Shown piece by piece: positions 10,144-18,875 of a DNA stretch of 64,000 nucleotides. Source of the DNA: a virus (lineage: Duplodnaviria; Heunggongvirae; Uroviricota; Caudoviricetes); IMG/VR virus record IMGVR_UViG_3300049597_000059; one strand, written 5' to 3'. Each line of letters starts with the position of its first letter. Within the stretch, counting starts at the first letter, position 1. The notes beneath the pieces were generated by a model. That model worked only from the letters and a program-made list of their open reading frames with translations. It was not told the DNA's origin and searched no databases. The position numbers and the translations under genes were made by a program.

Positions 10144-10188
10144 CGAGAAGAATTCCCCCCCACTACTCCATGTGGGGGAGTCTTCTCA
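10144..10188 (+). terminator. Nested hairpin after MCP gene (GAGAAGA-att-CCCCCCCAC-loop-GTGGGGGAG-TCTTCTC)
   Basis: Perfect 7-bp outer and about 8-bp GC-rich inner inverted repeats; no strong T-tract, so it could be an RNA stability or attenuator element rather than a full terminator. Confidence 0.45.
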
Positions 10189-10280
10189 CACAGATGGATG
10201 GATACAGATTACATGTCTGTATGGCACTCTCTTCGCTGAGAACCCATCTGCAAAAATAAACCAAACAAAAACAACTACAT

Positions 10281-11249
10281 ATGGGTAAGATAGGAAAAAT
10301 CTCTACATTAAAGAAAGATTACAACAACTCTCAGTTACAAACTATGCAAGGTGGACTTGCACAGAAAGGTCTAACTAGGATCCCTGGAACAGGTGTATTT
10401 AAGTATCCTTACAAGGAACTTGATGGACAGTACAGAACTGGTTTAGATCCAAATGCTTCATACATCCGTAGGATGGGTGATAGTCTTGAAAGAGAAATGG
10501 AAGTCGAAAGAGTTACAGCACTTAAAAAGAAACTTGAAGCTTCTTTAGGTGATGTTGATTTAGGTCCTCGTTCTAGTTTCTGGAACTATGGATTGTCTAC
10601 ATCTACAGATGATACATTACATGTACAGGCTGTTAAGTTGATGGATGGTGATAACTACTTTGATTTTACTAATCCTTTTCAGGAATTAGCATTTGCTTGG
10701 TTGAGAGTTCATCCAACAATTGCCTCTAGCTATCAGGCTTGGGAGCGTGGTGAAGTTCCTGCAGATACACAATTTTACGTTGCTGATGATGAAATTGAGA
10801 ATGCAGTGATATTCAAGAAGAAACAATTGATCAACAAGGCTATTGTCAAGTTTGATGCAATGACTCCAGAGAAGAAGCGTAAGGTGGCAAGATTGTTAGG
10901 ATTACCTGTTACAGAAGACACTAAAGAAGAATCTGTATACAACCAGGTAGATAACCTATTAAAACAAACAGAATTCAAGAATGGTAAACATGCTGGTTTA
11001 AACCCTGTAGAGGTGTTCAGCAGATTTGCAGATATGAAGGAAAACTTACTCCATATTAAAGACTTGGTTAAGCAAGCTATTGCTCACTCAGTATATCGTT
11101 TAAAACCTAATGGTAAGGTGTACGAAGGTGAATTTGAGATTGCTAAGGATGAAGATGATTTAGTTAAATTCCTTGCTGATGAAGATAACCAAGACGAATT
11201 ATTAACCTTGGAAGGAAAATTAAAAACTAAGAAAATAGCTTCTGTATGA
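10281..11249 (+). CDS. virion structural protein (hypothetical)
   Basis: 322 aa downstream of MCP; start context aactacatATGG shared with gene at 7270. Confidence 0.4.
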   Translation: MGKIGKISTLKKDYNNSQLQTMQGGLAQKGLTRIPGTGVFKYPYKELDGQYRTGLDPNASYIRRMGDSLEREMEVERVTALKKKLEASLGDVDLGPRSSFWNYGLSTSTDDTLHVQAVKLMDGDNYFDFTNPFQELAFAWLRVHPTIASSYQAWERGEVPADTQFYVADDEIENAVIFKKKQLINKAIVKFDAMTPEKKRKVARLLGLPVTEDTKEESVYNQVDNLLKQTEFKNGKHAGLNPVEVFSRFADMKENLLHIKDLVKQAIAHSVYRLKPNGKVYEGEFEIAKDEDDLVKFLADEDNQDELLTLEGKLKTKKIASV

Positions 11250-11977
11250 TACCCGTAGATAGTTTATTATATAAAATTGACCAGAAACTAAATAAACTAT
11301 CGACTAACGAGCATCAACAAATTCAATTGGAAGATAAGATTTTAGCCTTGAATGAGGCTCAGATCAAGTTGATTAAACAGAAGGTTGACGGTCAAAACAC
11401 AGTTTCTGGTTTAGGTCTAGATGCTTTTAAAAAGCGTTATGAAGACCTACAAAGTTTGGTGGTAACTTATAACCATCAACCCCTAGATTTAACACTACTA
11501 AATGCTGAGTTAAATCAATGGTCTGCAGATATTCATTTACTCACTCCAAAATACATGTTCTACATAGATAGTTATGTAATTGCGGACAAGGGTAGATGTA
11601 CAGATAGAAAAATATGGATCAATAGAGATCTTACTAAGCATGGCGATTTGCAATTTTGCTTAACTAACACTCACTATAGACCATCATTTGAATATCAAGA
11701 AACGTTTAATTCTATATCTTCTGATGAGATTTCTATATTTACTGACGGTACATTCACACCTAAGAAGATATACATATCATACATGAGATATCCAGTGTAT
11801 ATTAATAAAACTGGATATGTTATGTTAGACGGACAGAACTCTTTTGATCAAGACTGTGAACTAGAAACATACCTGGAAGATGAGTTGTTAGACTTAACAG
11901 TTCAAAACCTAGCGATGTATACAGAGAATCAATCTGCAGTTCAAAGTGCTCAGTTTAGGATTCAGACAAACGAATAG
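11246..11977 (+). CDS. hypothetical structural protein
   Basis: 243 aa; start overlaps upstream stop (ATGA). Confidence 0.4.
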   Translation: MIPVDSLLYKIDQKLNKLSTNEHQQIQLEDKILALNEAQIKLIKQKVDGQNTVSGLGLDAFKKRYEDLQSLVVTYNHQPLDLTLLNAELNQWSADIHLLTPKYMFYIDSYVIADKGRCTDRKIWINRDLTKHGDLQFCLTNTHYRPSFEYQETFNSISSDEISIFTDGTFTPKKIYISYMRYPVYINKTGYVMLDGQNSFDQDCELETYLEDELLDLTVQNLAMYTENQSAVQSAQFRIQTNE

Positions 11978-12006
11978 TTATTTTCACAATTTAAATAAAA
12001 CAAAAA

Positions 12007-13146
12007 ATGGCTGATTTTTCATTAACTACGCTCTTCGTAGTTCCAGTAGGAAACACTCTACCTAGCTCTGGTTCTACGCAAAACTTGACCGCAGGTCAGT
12101 TTGGTATTTTTAGAAGCGATTACACTGTAGCTAATGCAGGTAACATTGCTGCTAAACCGTATTTCTATTTAGCTCAAGGTAGAACAAACACTTATTTACA
12201 AGGTTCTAAGCGTTCTGACAAGATTGCTTCTAGCCAAGTTAGTGAGTGGTATAAAGTGGTTGGTAACCCAGTGGCTGCTAATCAAGTAACTGAAATTGGT
12301 AACTTCAATGTTAAAGCTGGTGATGTTGTAACATTCACATTACGTGCTCATTCTTCTTACATTGACACATTGTATTTCAACGGTTTTACCCGTTCTATTA
12401 CAGTTGTTGCTCCTTGTTTAGAGTGTGGTGGCGATCCATGTGCAGATGTTGATGTTCCTGCTTTCATCGATCAAGCTATCTTAAAGTTCAGACAAGAGGC
12501 TCCAGGTAACAACCCTGACAACATTAGCTTTGACACTTTCTATCAATTCCAAAGAGTTGGTAACAATCAGAACGCTAAGTTAGTTATCTCTGGTAAACCA
12601 TTAACTAAGTATGGTCAACCATGTGATGTTGCTGCATTCCCTTGGGAATACGATCGTATGTACTTCCGTACTTTCGTATACAGTGGACCAGCTACAACTG
12701 CTGACTTCATCGTTGCTGACAATTGTAACATTGTTGCTGAGGCTGTAGTTACTCAACGTGCTTCTTATGTATCTGGTACTTCAGATGAGATCAAGCAATT
12801 AGAGAAAAACTTCTATAGCTACCAAGCTGGTTACCTTAAGCATTTGTACAGAATGGTTGGTTACAACGAGAACTTTGAGTCTTGGGTATCTGACGGTACT
12901 ACTTATGATACTTATTACATTAAGTTCAATGAGTATGACAAATCTGCTTACAAGTGGGGTGATTACATCATCGAAGATAGCACTGTTATCATTGCTATTC
13001 CTAGTGGTGCAAGTGCTACAATCGAGGCAATCTTAGTTGCTGCTTTAGGTGCTGTAACTGATGATAGTGGTCCTGTAACAAGTACAACTTCTACTACAAC
13101 TACTGTTTGGCCTAGTACTTCAACAACAACTACTTTGATTCCTTAA
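12007..13146 (+). CDS. structural protein with C-terminal poly-Thr tail (…TTSTTTTVWPSTSTTTTLIP)
   Basis: 379 aa; C-terminal Thr-rich linker shared with several downstream tail proteins. Confidence 0.45.
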   Translation: MADFSLTTLFVVPVGNTLPSSGSTQNLTAGQFGIFRSDYTVANAGNIAAKPYFYLAQGRTNTYLQGSKRSDKIASSQVSEWYKVVGNPVAANQVTEIGNFNVKAGDVVTFTLRAHSSYIDTLYFNGFTRSITVVAPCLECGGDPCADVDVPAFIDQAILKFRQEAPGNNPDNISFDTFYQFQRVGNNQNAKLVISGKPLTKYGQPCDVAAFPWEYDRMYFRTFVYSGPATTADFIVADNCNIVAEAVVTQRASYVSGTSDEIKQLEKNFYSYQAGYLKHLYRMVGYNENFESWVSDGTTYDTYYIKFNEYDKSAYKWGDYIIEDSTVIIAIPSGASATIEAILVAALGAVTDDSGPVTSTTSTTTTVWPSTSTTTTLIP

Positions 13147-13173
13147 TAGAATACAAGTAGAATCATATAACCT

Positions 13174-13226
13174 ATGCCAGAGGGTGAGAGGATATTTCTC
13201 AAGTCCTCTGGCATATTTATTTTAAT
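13174..13226 (+). terminator. Rho-independent terminator (ATGCCAGAGG ... CCTCTGGCAT + ATTTATTTTAAT)
   Basis: Perfect 10-bp inverted repeat with 21-nt loop followed by a T-rich tract. Confidence 0.55.
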
Positions 13227-13229
13227 GAC

Positions 13230-13787
13230 ATGACCTTAGATATACTGGTAGTACCAACTTATAATACATTAACATTAGGTGTAGCTGATGCATCAACTTA
13301 CAATACAAATCCTCCTGTTGTTACTTCTCCAACTCTTGAAGTAACAATGCCTGGATTTGCACCTGTATTTTTACCATTTAATGTTAATGACTTTAATATA
13401 CTTAATTCAGCATCATTAGGACTTAGTGTTGTAGGAGCTCCATTGATTCCTCTACCTGATGGAATCTATACATTAACATATTCTGTTGCTCCTGCATTTC
13501 AGAACTTTGTTACTAAAACCATCATTCGTGTTGAACAATTACAAGAGAAGTTTGATAATGCTTTTATGAAGCTTGATATGATGGAATGTGATCTTGCTAT
13601 CAAGACACAAGCTAAGGTTGACTTAAATAGTATATACTACATGATTCAGGGTTCTATTGCTGCAGCTAATAACTGTGCTGTAGATACTTCTAATAAACTG
13701 TATGTACAAGCAGATAAAATGCTTAATAACTTTATTAAAACCAATTGTGGTTGTTCAGGAAATAACTACATAATTAATTTCCAATAA
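13230..13787 (+). CDS. hypothetical tail-associated protein
   Basis: 185-aa ORF. Confidence 0.4.
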   Translation: MTLDILVVPTYNTLTLGVADASTYNTNPPVVTSPTLEVTMPGFAPVFLPFNVNDFNILNSASLGLSVVGAPLIPLPDGIYTLTYSVAPAFQNFVTKTIIRVEQLQEKFDNAFMKLDMMECDLAIKTQAKVDLNSIYYMIQGSIAAANNCAVDTSNKLYVQADKMLNNFIKTNCGCSGNNYIINFQ

Positions 13788-13788
13788 A

Positions 13789-13932
13789 ATGGCAAACTGT
13801 AGAGATTGTGGCATCAAAGTAGGATGTGGATGTCAATTAATTAACGGCTTATGTTCAGCATGTAATAATAAACTGAAGCAAGCAACTCAAAGAATAAAAA
13901 ATGTTATCACCAAGGCTTACAAACTGTATTGA
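13789..13932 (+). CDS. small Cys-rich ORF (47 aa, MANCRDCGIKVGCGCQLINGLCSACNNKLKQ...), not in the supplied ORF track
   Basis: ATG 1 nt after preceding stop; NCxDC motif as in the N-termini of the neighbouring fibre genes; overlaps 13901 ORF out of frame. Confidence 0.3.
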   Translation: MANCRDCGIKVGCGCQLINGLCSACNNKLKQATQRIKNVITKAYKLY

Positions 13933-14167
13933 TTGTGCAACTATTCCTGCACTCTTAACTGATATTGATTGCAAGTTAACAAGCTTGGCAAATAATCAAT
14001 ATAATAATATCGTATTCTCTTTAAACTATCCTGTACCAGGAGTTGTAATTGGTGACTTACTTAATTATAAAAGGATCTTGACTTACAAGTTTTGTAACCC
14101 TGATTACTGTAGTCAATTTACTGTAAAGATGATAGCGAGTAAAGTAAAACTTTTAATTCATAAATAA
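13901..14167 (+). CDS. small protein with fibre N-terminal anchor-like motif (NCIDC...IPALLTDIDCKL)
   Basis: 88 aa; shares an IPAL..TxD..KL segment with the 14176 protein. Confidence 0.4.
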   Translation: MLSPRLTNCIDCATIPALLTDIDCKLTSLANNQYNNIVFSLNYPVPGVVIGDLLNYKRILTYKFCNPDYCSQFTVKMIASKVKLLIHK

Positions 14168-14175
14168 TTTATAAA

Positions 14176-15273
14176 ATGTCTTGTACAAACTGCTTTAATG
14201 GATGTGTTGAGATTGTATCTGATCAATGTGTTAGATATACAGGTCCAAACATTCCTGCTCTAAATATTACTACAGGAGATACATTAACTCATGTAGAAGA
14301 AATGATTACAGATAAACTTGTTCCACTATTAGTTGGTACAGGTGATGTTATAACCATTGCTTCTGGTGATAAATGTGCTCTTATCAATGGATTCCTAACA
14401 GGAATCACTTCTCCTAATTCTACTCAATTATTTACAGCACTAGTTAAATCTGTTTGTAGTTTACAAACTCAAGTGACTGCAGTTGCTGCTGATATCACTG
14501 TATTAAATGCAGATTATTCAATAGGTTGTCTTACAGGTGTAACAGCCTCTTCTGACACACATGCTATTTTACAAGCTGTTATTACAAGACTTTGTACAGT
14601 AGTAACAGACTTAGCAGCATTAAGTTTAAATGTAAGTACAAACTACGTAAAGCTTGCTGATCTAAATGGTTTAATCCAAGCTTATTTAAATAGTCTTGCT
14701 CCTACACAGAACTATACAAAGATGGTTCCTTATACAGCTGTAGAATACTATGGTTCATTGACCTACTTTGATATCACTGGAGCAGGTATTGCTGCTGATG
14801 GGTTTGATAAAATCTATCTATGTAATGGCTTAAATGGAACTCCTGATAAAAGAGGACGTGTTCCTGTAGGTGCTATTGTTGGTATGGGTGGTGGAGCTCT
14901 AGATGCTGCTGTTAATCCTATTAACGTTGGTAATCCTAACTATGCTCTTGGAGATGGTGGTGGTGCTAACACTGTAATATTAAACAGCACACAAATCCCT
15001 GCACACTCACATCCTGTTACAGTTACTGATCCTGGTCACGTGCATGCTCCTGGTAGTTCTATCTTTAGAGGTAACAGAACTACAGATGATTCTGGTGGAA
15101 CACAATGTGTGGCTACACAATTATCAAATAGTGATCCAGCACTAACAGCACCTCAATACACAGCAAGTGCTACTACAGGTATAAATGTAACCGTTGGTAA
15201 TACAGGTGGTGGATTAGGTCATGCTAATATTCAGCCTGTGCGTGCTTGCTACTACATCATGTACATTCCTTAA
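14176..15273 (+). CDS. tail fibre / receptor-binding protein with T4 gp12-type tail-collar C-terminal domain
   Basis: C-terminus NTVILNSTQIPAHSHPV ... GGGLGHANIQPVRACYYIMYIP matches the phage tail collar pattern (LP.H.H...G...H.N.QP); N-terminus shares a Cys-rich anchor motif with the 53688 fibre. Confidence 0.6.
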   Translation: MSCTNCFNGCVEIVSDQCVRYTGPNIPALNITTGDTLTHVEEMITDKLVPLLVGTGDVITIASGDKCALINGFLTGITSPNSTQLFTALVKSVCSLQTQVTAVAADITVLNADYSIGCLTGVTASSDTHAILQAVITRLCTVVTDLAALSLNVSTNYVKLADLNGLIQAYLNSLAPTQNYTKMVPYTAVEYYGSLTYFDITGAGIAADGFDKIYLCNGLNGTPDKRGRVPVGAIVGMGGGALDAAVNPINVGNPNYALGDGGGANTVILNSTQIPAHSHPVTVTDPGHVHAPGSSIFRGNRTTDDSGGTQCVATQLSNSDPALTAPQYTASATTGINVTVGNTGGGLGHANIQPVRACYYIMYIP

Positions 15274-15292
15274 TCGATTAAACTAAATTATA

Positions 15293-15688
15293 ATGGCTTG
15301 CGTACCTGGTACCCCTTGCTTTGAGAATACAGTGAATGCTTATTATCCACAGAATTGTAATAATGGAGCATTCGCTGGTTATCCTGTTCCTACATCAGCC
15401 GTTCAATATAATGGCCCAGGTCTTCCTAATTCAGGAATTGATACAGGGGATATATTGACATTAGCTTTACAGAAACTAGATAACGCAATTGATCCTGTAG
15501 AATTAGTACAAACCCTTATCACTGTAATCAATCAGAACCCATCTTTAAAGGTGATGTTCTGTACATTGGTAAACTCTTGTCCAATTACAACAACCACTAC
15601 ATCTACAACGATTCCTCCTACAACAACTACTACAACATCTAGTTCTACATCAACATCAACTACTACAACAACAACTACAATTCCTTAA
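15293..15688 (+). CDS. small fibre-anchor-domain protein with C-terminal poly-Thr
   Basis: 131 aa; YNGPGLPNSGIDTGDILTLALQKLD parallels YTGPNIPALNITTGDTLTHVEEMITDKL (14176) and YTGINTNDNLQTALQKID (53688). Confidence 0.45.
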   Translation: MACVPGTPCFENTVNAYYPQNCNNGAFAGYPVPTSAVQYNGPGLPNSGIDTGDILTLALQKLDNAIDPVELVQTLITVINQNPSLKVMFCTLVNSCPITTTTTSTTIPPTTTTTTSSSTSTSTTTTTTTIP

Positions 15689-15700
15689 TAAACCTATAAT

Positions 15701-16237
15701 ATGACAGTATTAATTACATTAACGACAGCTGGTTCTTCAACAGGACCATTTAGTCTATATTCAAATGTAGATTCTTATTCTACACCATTTGAGACAGGTG
15801 TATCAAGATCTAGCCTACTGGCTGGATATACATCTACGGTAGTTCCAAATGGCACAACAATCGTTCGTGTTATGTCTACAGGAACATGTACAAACTATAC
15901 AGATATATCTGTAGTGCCATGTACTACAACCACAACTACCACAGTTCCTCCAACAACTACAACCACCACAACCCTACCTTATCAAATATATGTAATTGAT
16001 AATGGGGCTTCTGGTAGTTCAAGTGCTGCTTGTAGTTCAAGTACAACAACTAGCACTGTTTACACTCAATCAGTAAATAATGTTCCTATTGTTGGAATGT
16101 TTTTATACACTGATACAGGGTTAACTACTCCTTTTGTTGGTGGCACAGGATGGAGAAAATTAGTTAAAGGTGCTATAACTTATGCAGCTGAGGTTGATGT
16201 TAACGGAGAACTTACGAACTATATCACTTGTCCATAA
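15701..16237 (+). CDS. two-domain small tail protein joined by poly-Thr linker
   Basis: N-domain (…TAGSSTGPFSLYS…) paralogous to the N-terminus of the 24561 protein; C-domain (…LYTDTGLTTPFVGGTGW…VDVNGELTNYITCP) paralogous to the C-domain of the 60350 protein. Confidence 0.45.
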   Translation: MTVLITLTTAGSSTGPFSLYSNVDSYSTPFETGVSRSSLLAGYTSTVVPNGTTIVRVMSTGTCTNYTDISVVPCTTTTTTTVPPTTTTTTTLPYQIYVIDNGASGSSSAACSSSTTTSTVYTQSVNNVPIVGMFLYTDTGLTTPFVGGTGWRKLVKGAITYAAEVDVNGELTNYITCP

Positions 16238-16275
16238 AATATCAAAAACCTTGTTTTGTTGGTTTTACAAGGTAT

Positions 16276-16307
16276 CCCCTGGCCTTTCTAGGCTGGGGGT
16301 TTTTGTT
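16276..16307 (+). terminator. Rho-independent terminator (CCCCTGGCC-tttcta-GGCTGGGGG + TTTTTGTTT), preceded by a second hairpin at 16248-16273
   Basis: 9-bp GC-rich stem (with G:U pairs) and T-tract; upstream 7-bp stem ACCTTGT/ACAAGGT. Confidence 0.6.
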
Positions 16308-16358
16308 TAAACTCTAATCAAATTGATTAATGTATATAATTAAATTGGTTAATAAAAT

Positions 16359-16390
16359 TTTGTAAATGTCAAAATTAGTTCGTACCTTTA
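16359..16390 (+). promoter_or_regulatory. Putative promoter (TTTG 16359-16362; TACCTTTA 16383-16390)
   Basis: Near-consensus Bacteroidota -33/-7 elements, 20-nt spacing, 28 nt upstream of ATG 16419 and just downstream of the terminator. Confidence 0.35.
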
Positions 16391-16418
16391 CAGCAATTTT
16401 AACTAAATTAAACCATAT

Positions 16419-17669
16419 ATGTCTGAAAACCAATCATTGCTACAACAGCTAGAAGAGATTCTACATTGGAAAAAGAGTAAACAATTCTATGCTGATAAGC
16501 TTGGAATTACAGAGTTTGAGGTTGACGAGTTATTAAAAGAATTAAGAAATCAAGAGAAGAGTGAGGAAGATGCTGAGGTTGGAAATTACATCTCTGAACT
16601 AGAGAATGTAATAGTTAAGTTTACAGAGGACATTAGTAAAGGTGTTGGTGAGGTGGTAGCTAATTTTAGCGAAGAGGTTAAGAGCTTAGATGAACTAATT
16701 GAGAAGTGTCATATAGACACAGAGAAATGGGAAATAACTAAATATGTACAGAACTTCTGGGGGAATGGAAACAATCCTCATTGGCAAGTCAAAGCATGGT
16801 TAGGTAAGAAGTCTACAGAACAAGTTTTTCAAGATAGTTTTGTAGACTTTTTAGCATCATACCAACCTGTTAGTCAGGAAGTTATGAGTCCTAAGTTTGA
16901 CCCAGAGAGACCAAATGGTATGTTGGTTATCAACAAACAAGACTCTCATTTAAACAAATGGGATGTAGATGGTAATAACAATGTACTAGATAGATTGGCT
17001 AAGATTATGTATAAGGTGGAAGTGATAGCTGCACAAGCTCAACTTTCAAACAACCTAGAAGAAATCACATACATTATTGGCTCAGATGAGTTTAATAGTG
17101 AATACACCAATGCAACTACAAAAGGAACTCCTCAACAGAATACACATACATATCACACTTCATTTGAGTATATATGTGACCATGAGGTGTTAATGATTAC
17201 AATGTTATTACAATACGCTAAACATGTTAATGTAGTGTATGTAGCAGGTAATCATGATGAGTTTGTAGGATGGCATATGGTTAACTGGTTACAAACGTAT
17301 TTTAGAAATACAAACAGACTTACAATTGATAGCTCTCCTAAATACAGAAAGTATGTAAGTTATGGCAATTCAGCATTGATGTTCAATCATGGGGATGCGA
17401 TTAAGCCAGCTAAACTTGCAGGACTGTTCCCAATAGAATATAGAGACCAATGGTCATTCCACCATAACTTCTATATATTCACAGGAGATAAGCACCATGA
17501 AGTGAGTCATGACTTTAACGGTATTAAATTTTACCAAATTCCAGCTTTCTCAAATGCTAAAAGCCTTTGGGATGATAAGAATGGTCACACAATGTCTAAA
17601 GCTGAAGTGACAGCATTCTTAATTGATCAAGCTGAGGGAATGACAAATATATTCAAACAGTATTTATAA
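16419..17669 (+). CDS. calcineurin-like metallophosphoesterase (C-terminal domain) with N-terminal extension
   Basis: Motifs DSH (DxH), GSDEF, VYVAGNHDEF (GNHD/E), NHGD, GDKHHE in the canonical order of the metallophosphatase fold. Confidence 0.5.
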   Translation: MSENQSLLQQLEEILHWKKSKQFYADKLGITEFEVDELLKELRNQEKSEEDAEVGNYISELENVIVKFTEDISKGVGEVVANFSEEVKSLDELIEKCHIDTEKWEITKYVQNFWGNGNNPHWQVKAWLGKKSTEQVFQDSFVDFLASYQPVSQEVMSPKFDPERPNGMLVINKQDSHLNKWDVDGNNNVLDRLAKIMYKVEVIAAQAQLSNNLEEITYIIGSDEFNSEYTNATTKGTPQQNTHTYHTSFEYICDHEVLMITMLLQYAKHVNVVYVAGNHDEFVGWHMVNWLQTYFRNTNRLTIDSSPKYRKYVSYGNSALMFNHGDAIKPAKLAGLFPIEYRDQWSFHHNFYIFTGDKHHEVSHDFNGIKFYQIPAFSNAKSLWDDKNGHTMSKAEVTAFLIDQAEGMTNIFKQYL

Positions 17670-18394
17670 TGGCAACTTTAAGGAAATTAGTTTCAGATGT
17701 GCGTGCAATGCACAAATTGTTATCAACAGATAACTTAATCACTGATAGAGTGGTTGCATCTGAGATTAAGAACAACACACTTTTATTAGTAAAACGTGAG
17801 ACAAATCTCAGAAAGCTTTGGGCTACTGATACTTTGTTTACTACCATTCCTTGTTTGGAATTGGTAGAAGTTCCTATTTCTGAATGTTGTGATTTTGTGG
17901 ATCCTTGTACTGTAGCTAGAACAAAAGTTAAACTTCCTCGTATCTGCGAGGGTAATTATCAATACCTCATTCAAGGTGTTTATTCAATAAACGCTATGAG
18001 TGGGCAAGGCAAAAAGTTGAAAGAGATTACTATCAATAGATATTTAAATCTCTTAAAACTTCCAATCATCAAGAATGAACAATACTATTGGATTTCAAAT
18101 GGTTATTTATATGTAAATAATCCTTTGTTACAAGCCATTAGAATTGCTGCTTTCTTTGAAGAAGATGTTCCTAATGAGATCATGTTTGCTGAGTGTCACT
18201 GCGGTGATAATGTTAATCTAGAAGACTATTGTATGAATCCTCTAGATAAAGAATATGGCTGCCCTGGTTATCTAGAAAAGCAAGTGCTAGAACTGACATC
18301 TCAAAAGCTGTTATCAACCTACTTTAGATTGAAAACAGATCAAACATCAGATGGGGTGGATGGTCAAGCACCAAACACAACCAACAATAACTAA
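17669..18394 (+). CDS. hypothetical Cys-rich protein
   Basis: 241-aa ORF; start overlaps upstream stop. Confidence 0.4.
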   Translation: MATLRKLVSDVRAMHKLLSTDNLITDRVVASEIKNNTLLLVKRETNLRKLWATDTLFTTIPCLELVEVPISECCDFVDPCTVARTKVKLPRICEGNYQYLIQGVYSINAMSGQGKKLKEITINRYLNLLKLPIIKNEQYYWISNGYLYVNNPLLQAIRIAAFFEEDVPNEIMFAECHCGDNVNLEDYCMNPLDKEYGCPGYLEKQVLELTSQKLLSTYFRLKTDQTSDGVDGQAPNTTNNN

Positions 18395-18870
18395 TGCGAA
18401 CAAAAGTTGATTGGAGAAGCTCCAGTAAAGAAAACTACAATAATTTCTGTAAAAAGAACCCTTCCGTAAAAATCTCATTTGACCAATGGAGAAACATTAT
18501 CTATTTGTACAATGAGAGCTTCAAGAACTATATTCTAGAAACTGGAGAGAAAGCAAAACTTCCTTTTGGATTTGGTGACTTCTCAATCAATAAGAAGAAG
18601 AGAAAGAAGATGAAACTGATCGATGGTAAAGAGTTTGTTAACCTACCAGTTGATTGGAAAAGATCTAAAGAGAAGGGTAAAATAATCTACAACTTTAACT
18701 ACCACACTGAAGGATATTTCTTTGGGTGGATGTGGTTTAGAGAATCAGCCAGATTCAAGAATATGAAACTCTGGTACTTCAAACCATCTCGTACAACCTC
18801 TAGGTTGTTATCTCACTACTTAAAAACCAACGATCAATATCAACATATTTATCGTGAATGGAAAAAATAA
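18394..18870 (+). CDS. hypothetical basic protein (KKKRKKMK patch)
   Basis: 158-aa ORF; Lys/Trp-rich. Confidence 0.4.
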   Translation: MRTKVDWRSSSKENYNNFCKKNPSVKISFDQWRNIIYLYNESFKNYILETGEKAKLPFGFGDFSINKKKRKKMKLIDGKEFVNLPVDWKRSKEKGKIIYNFNYHTEGYFFGWMWFRESARFKNMKLWYFKPSRTTSRLLSHYLKTNDQYQHIYREWKK

Positions 18871-18875
18871 AATAA

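Noticed and set aside
10168-10257. 29-aa ORF (MWGSLLTQMDGYRLHVCMALSSLRTHLQK) in the MCP-downstream intergenic region
   Set aside because: It sits within the hairpin/IR structure, has no start context like the other genes, and is most likely non-coding structured RNA.
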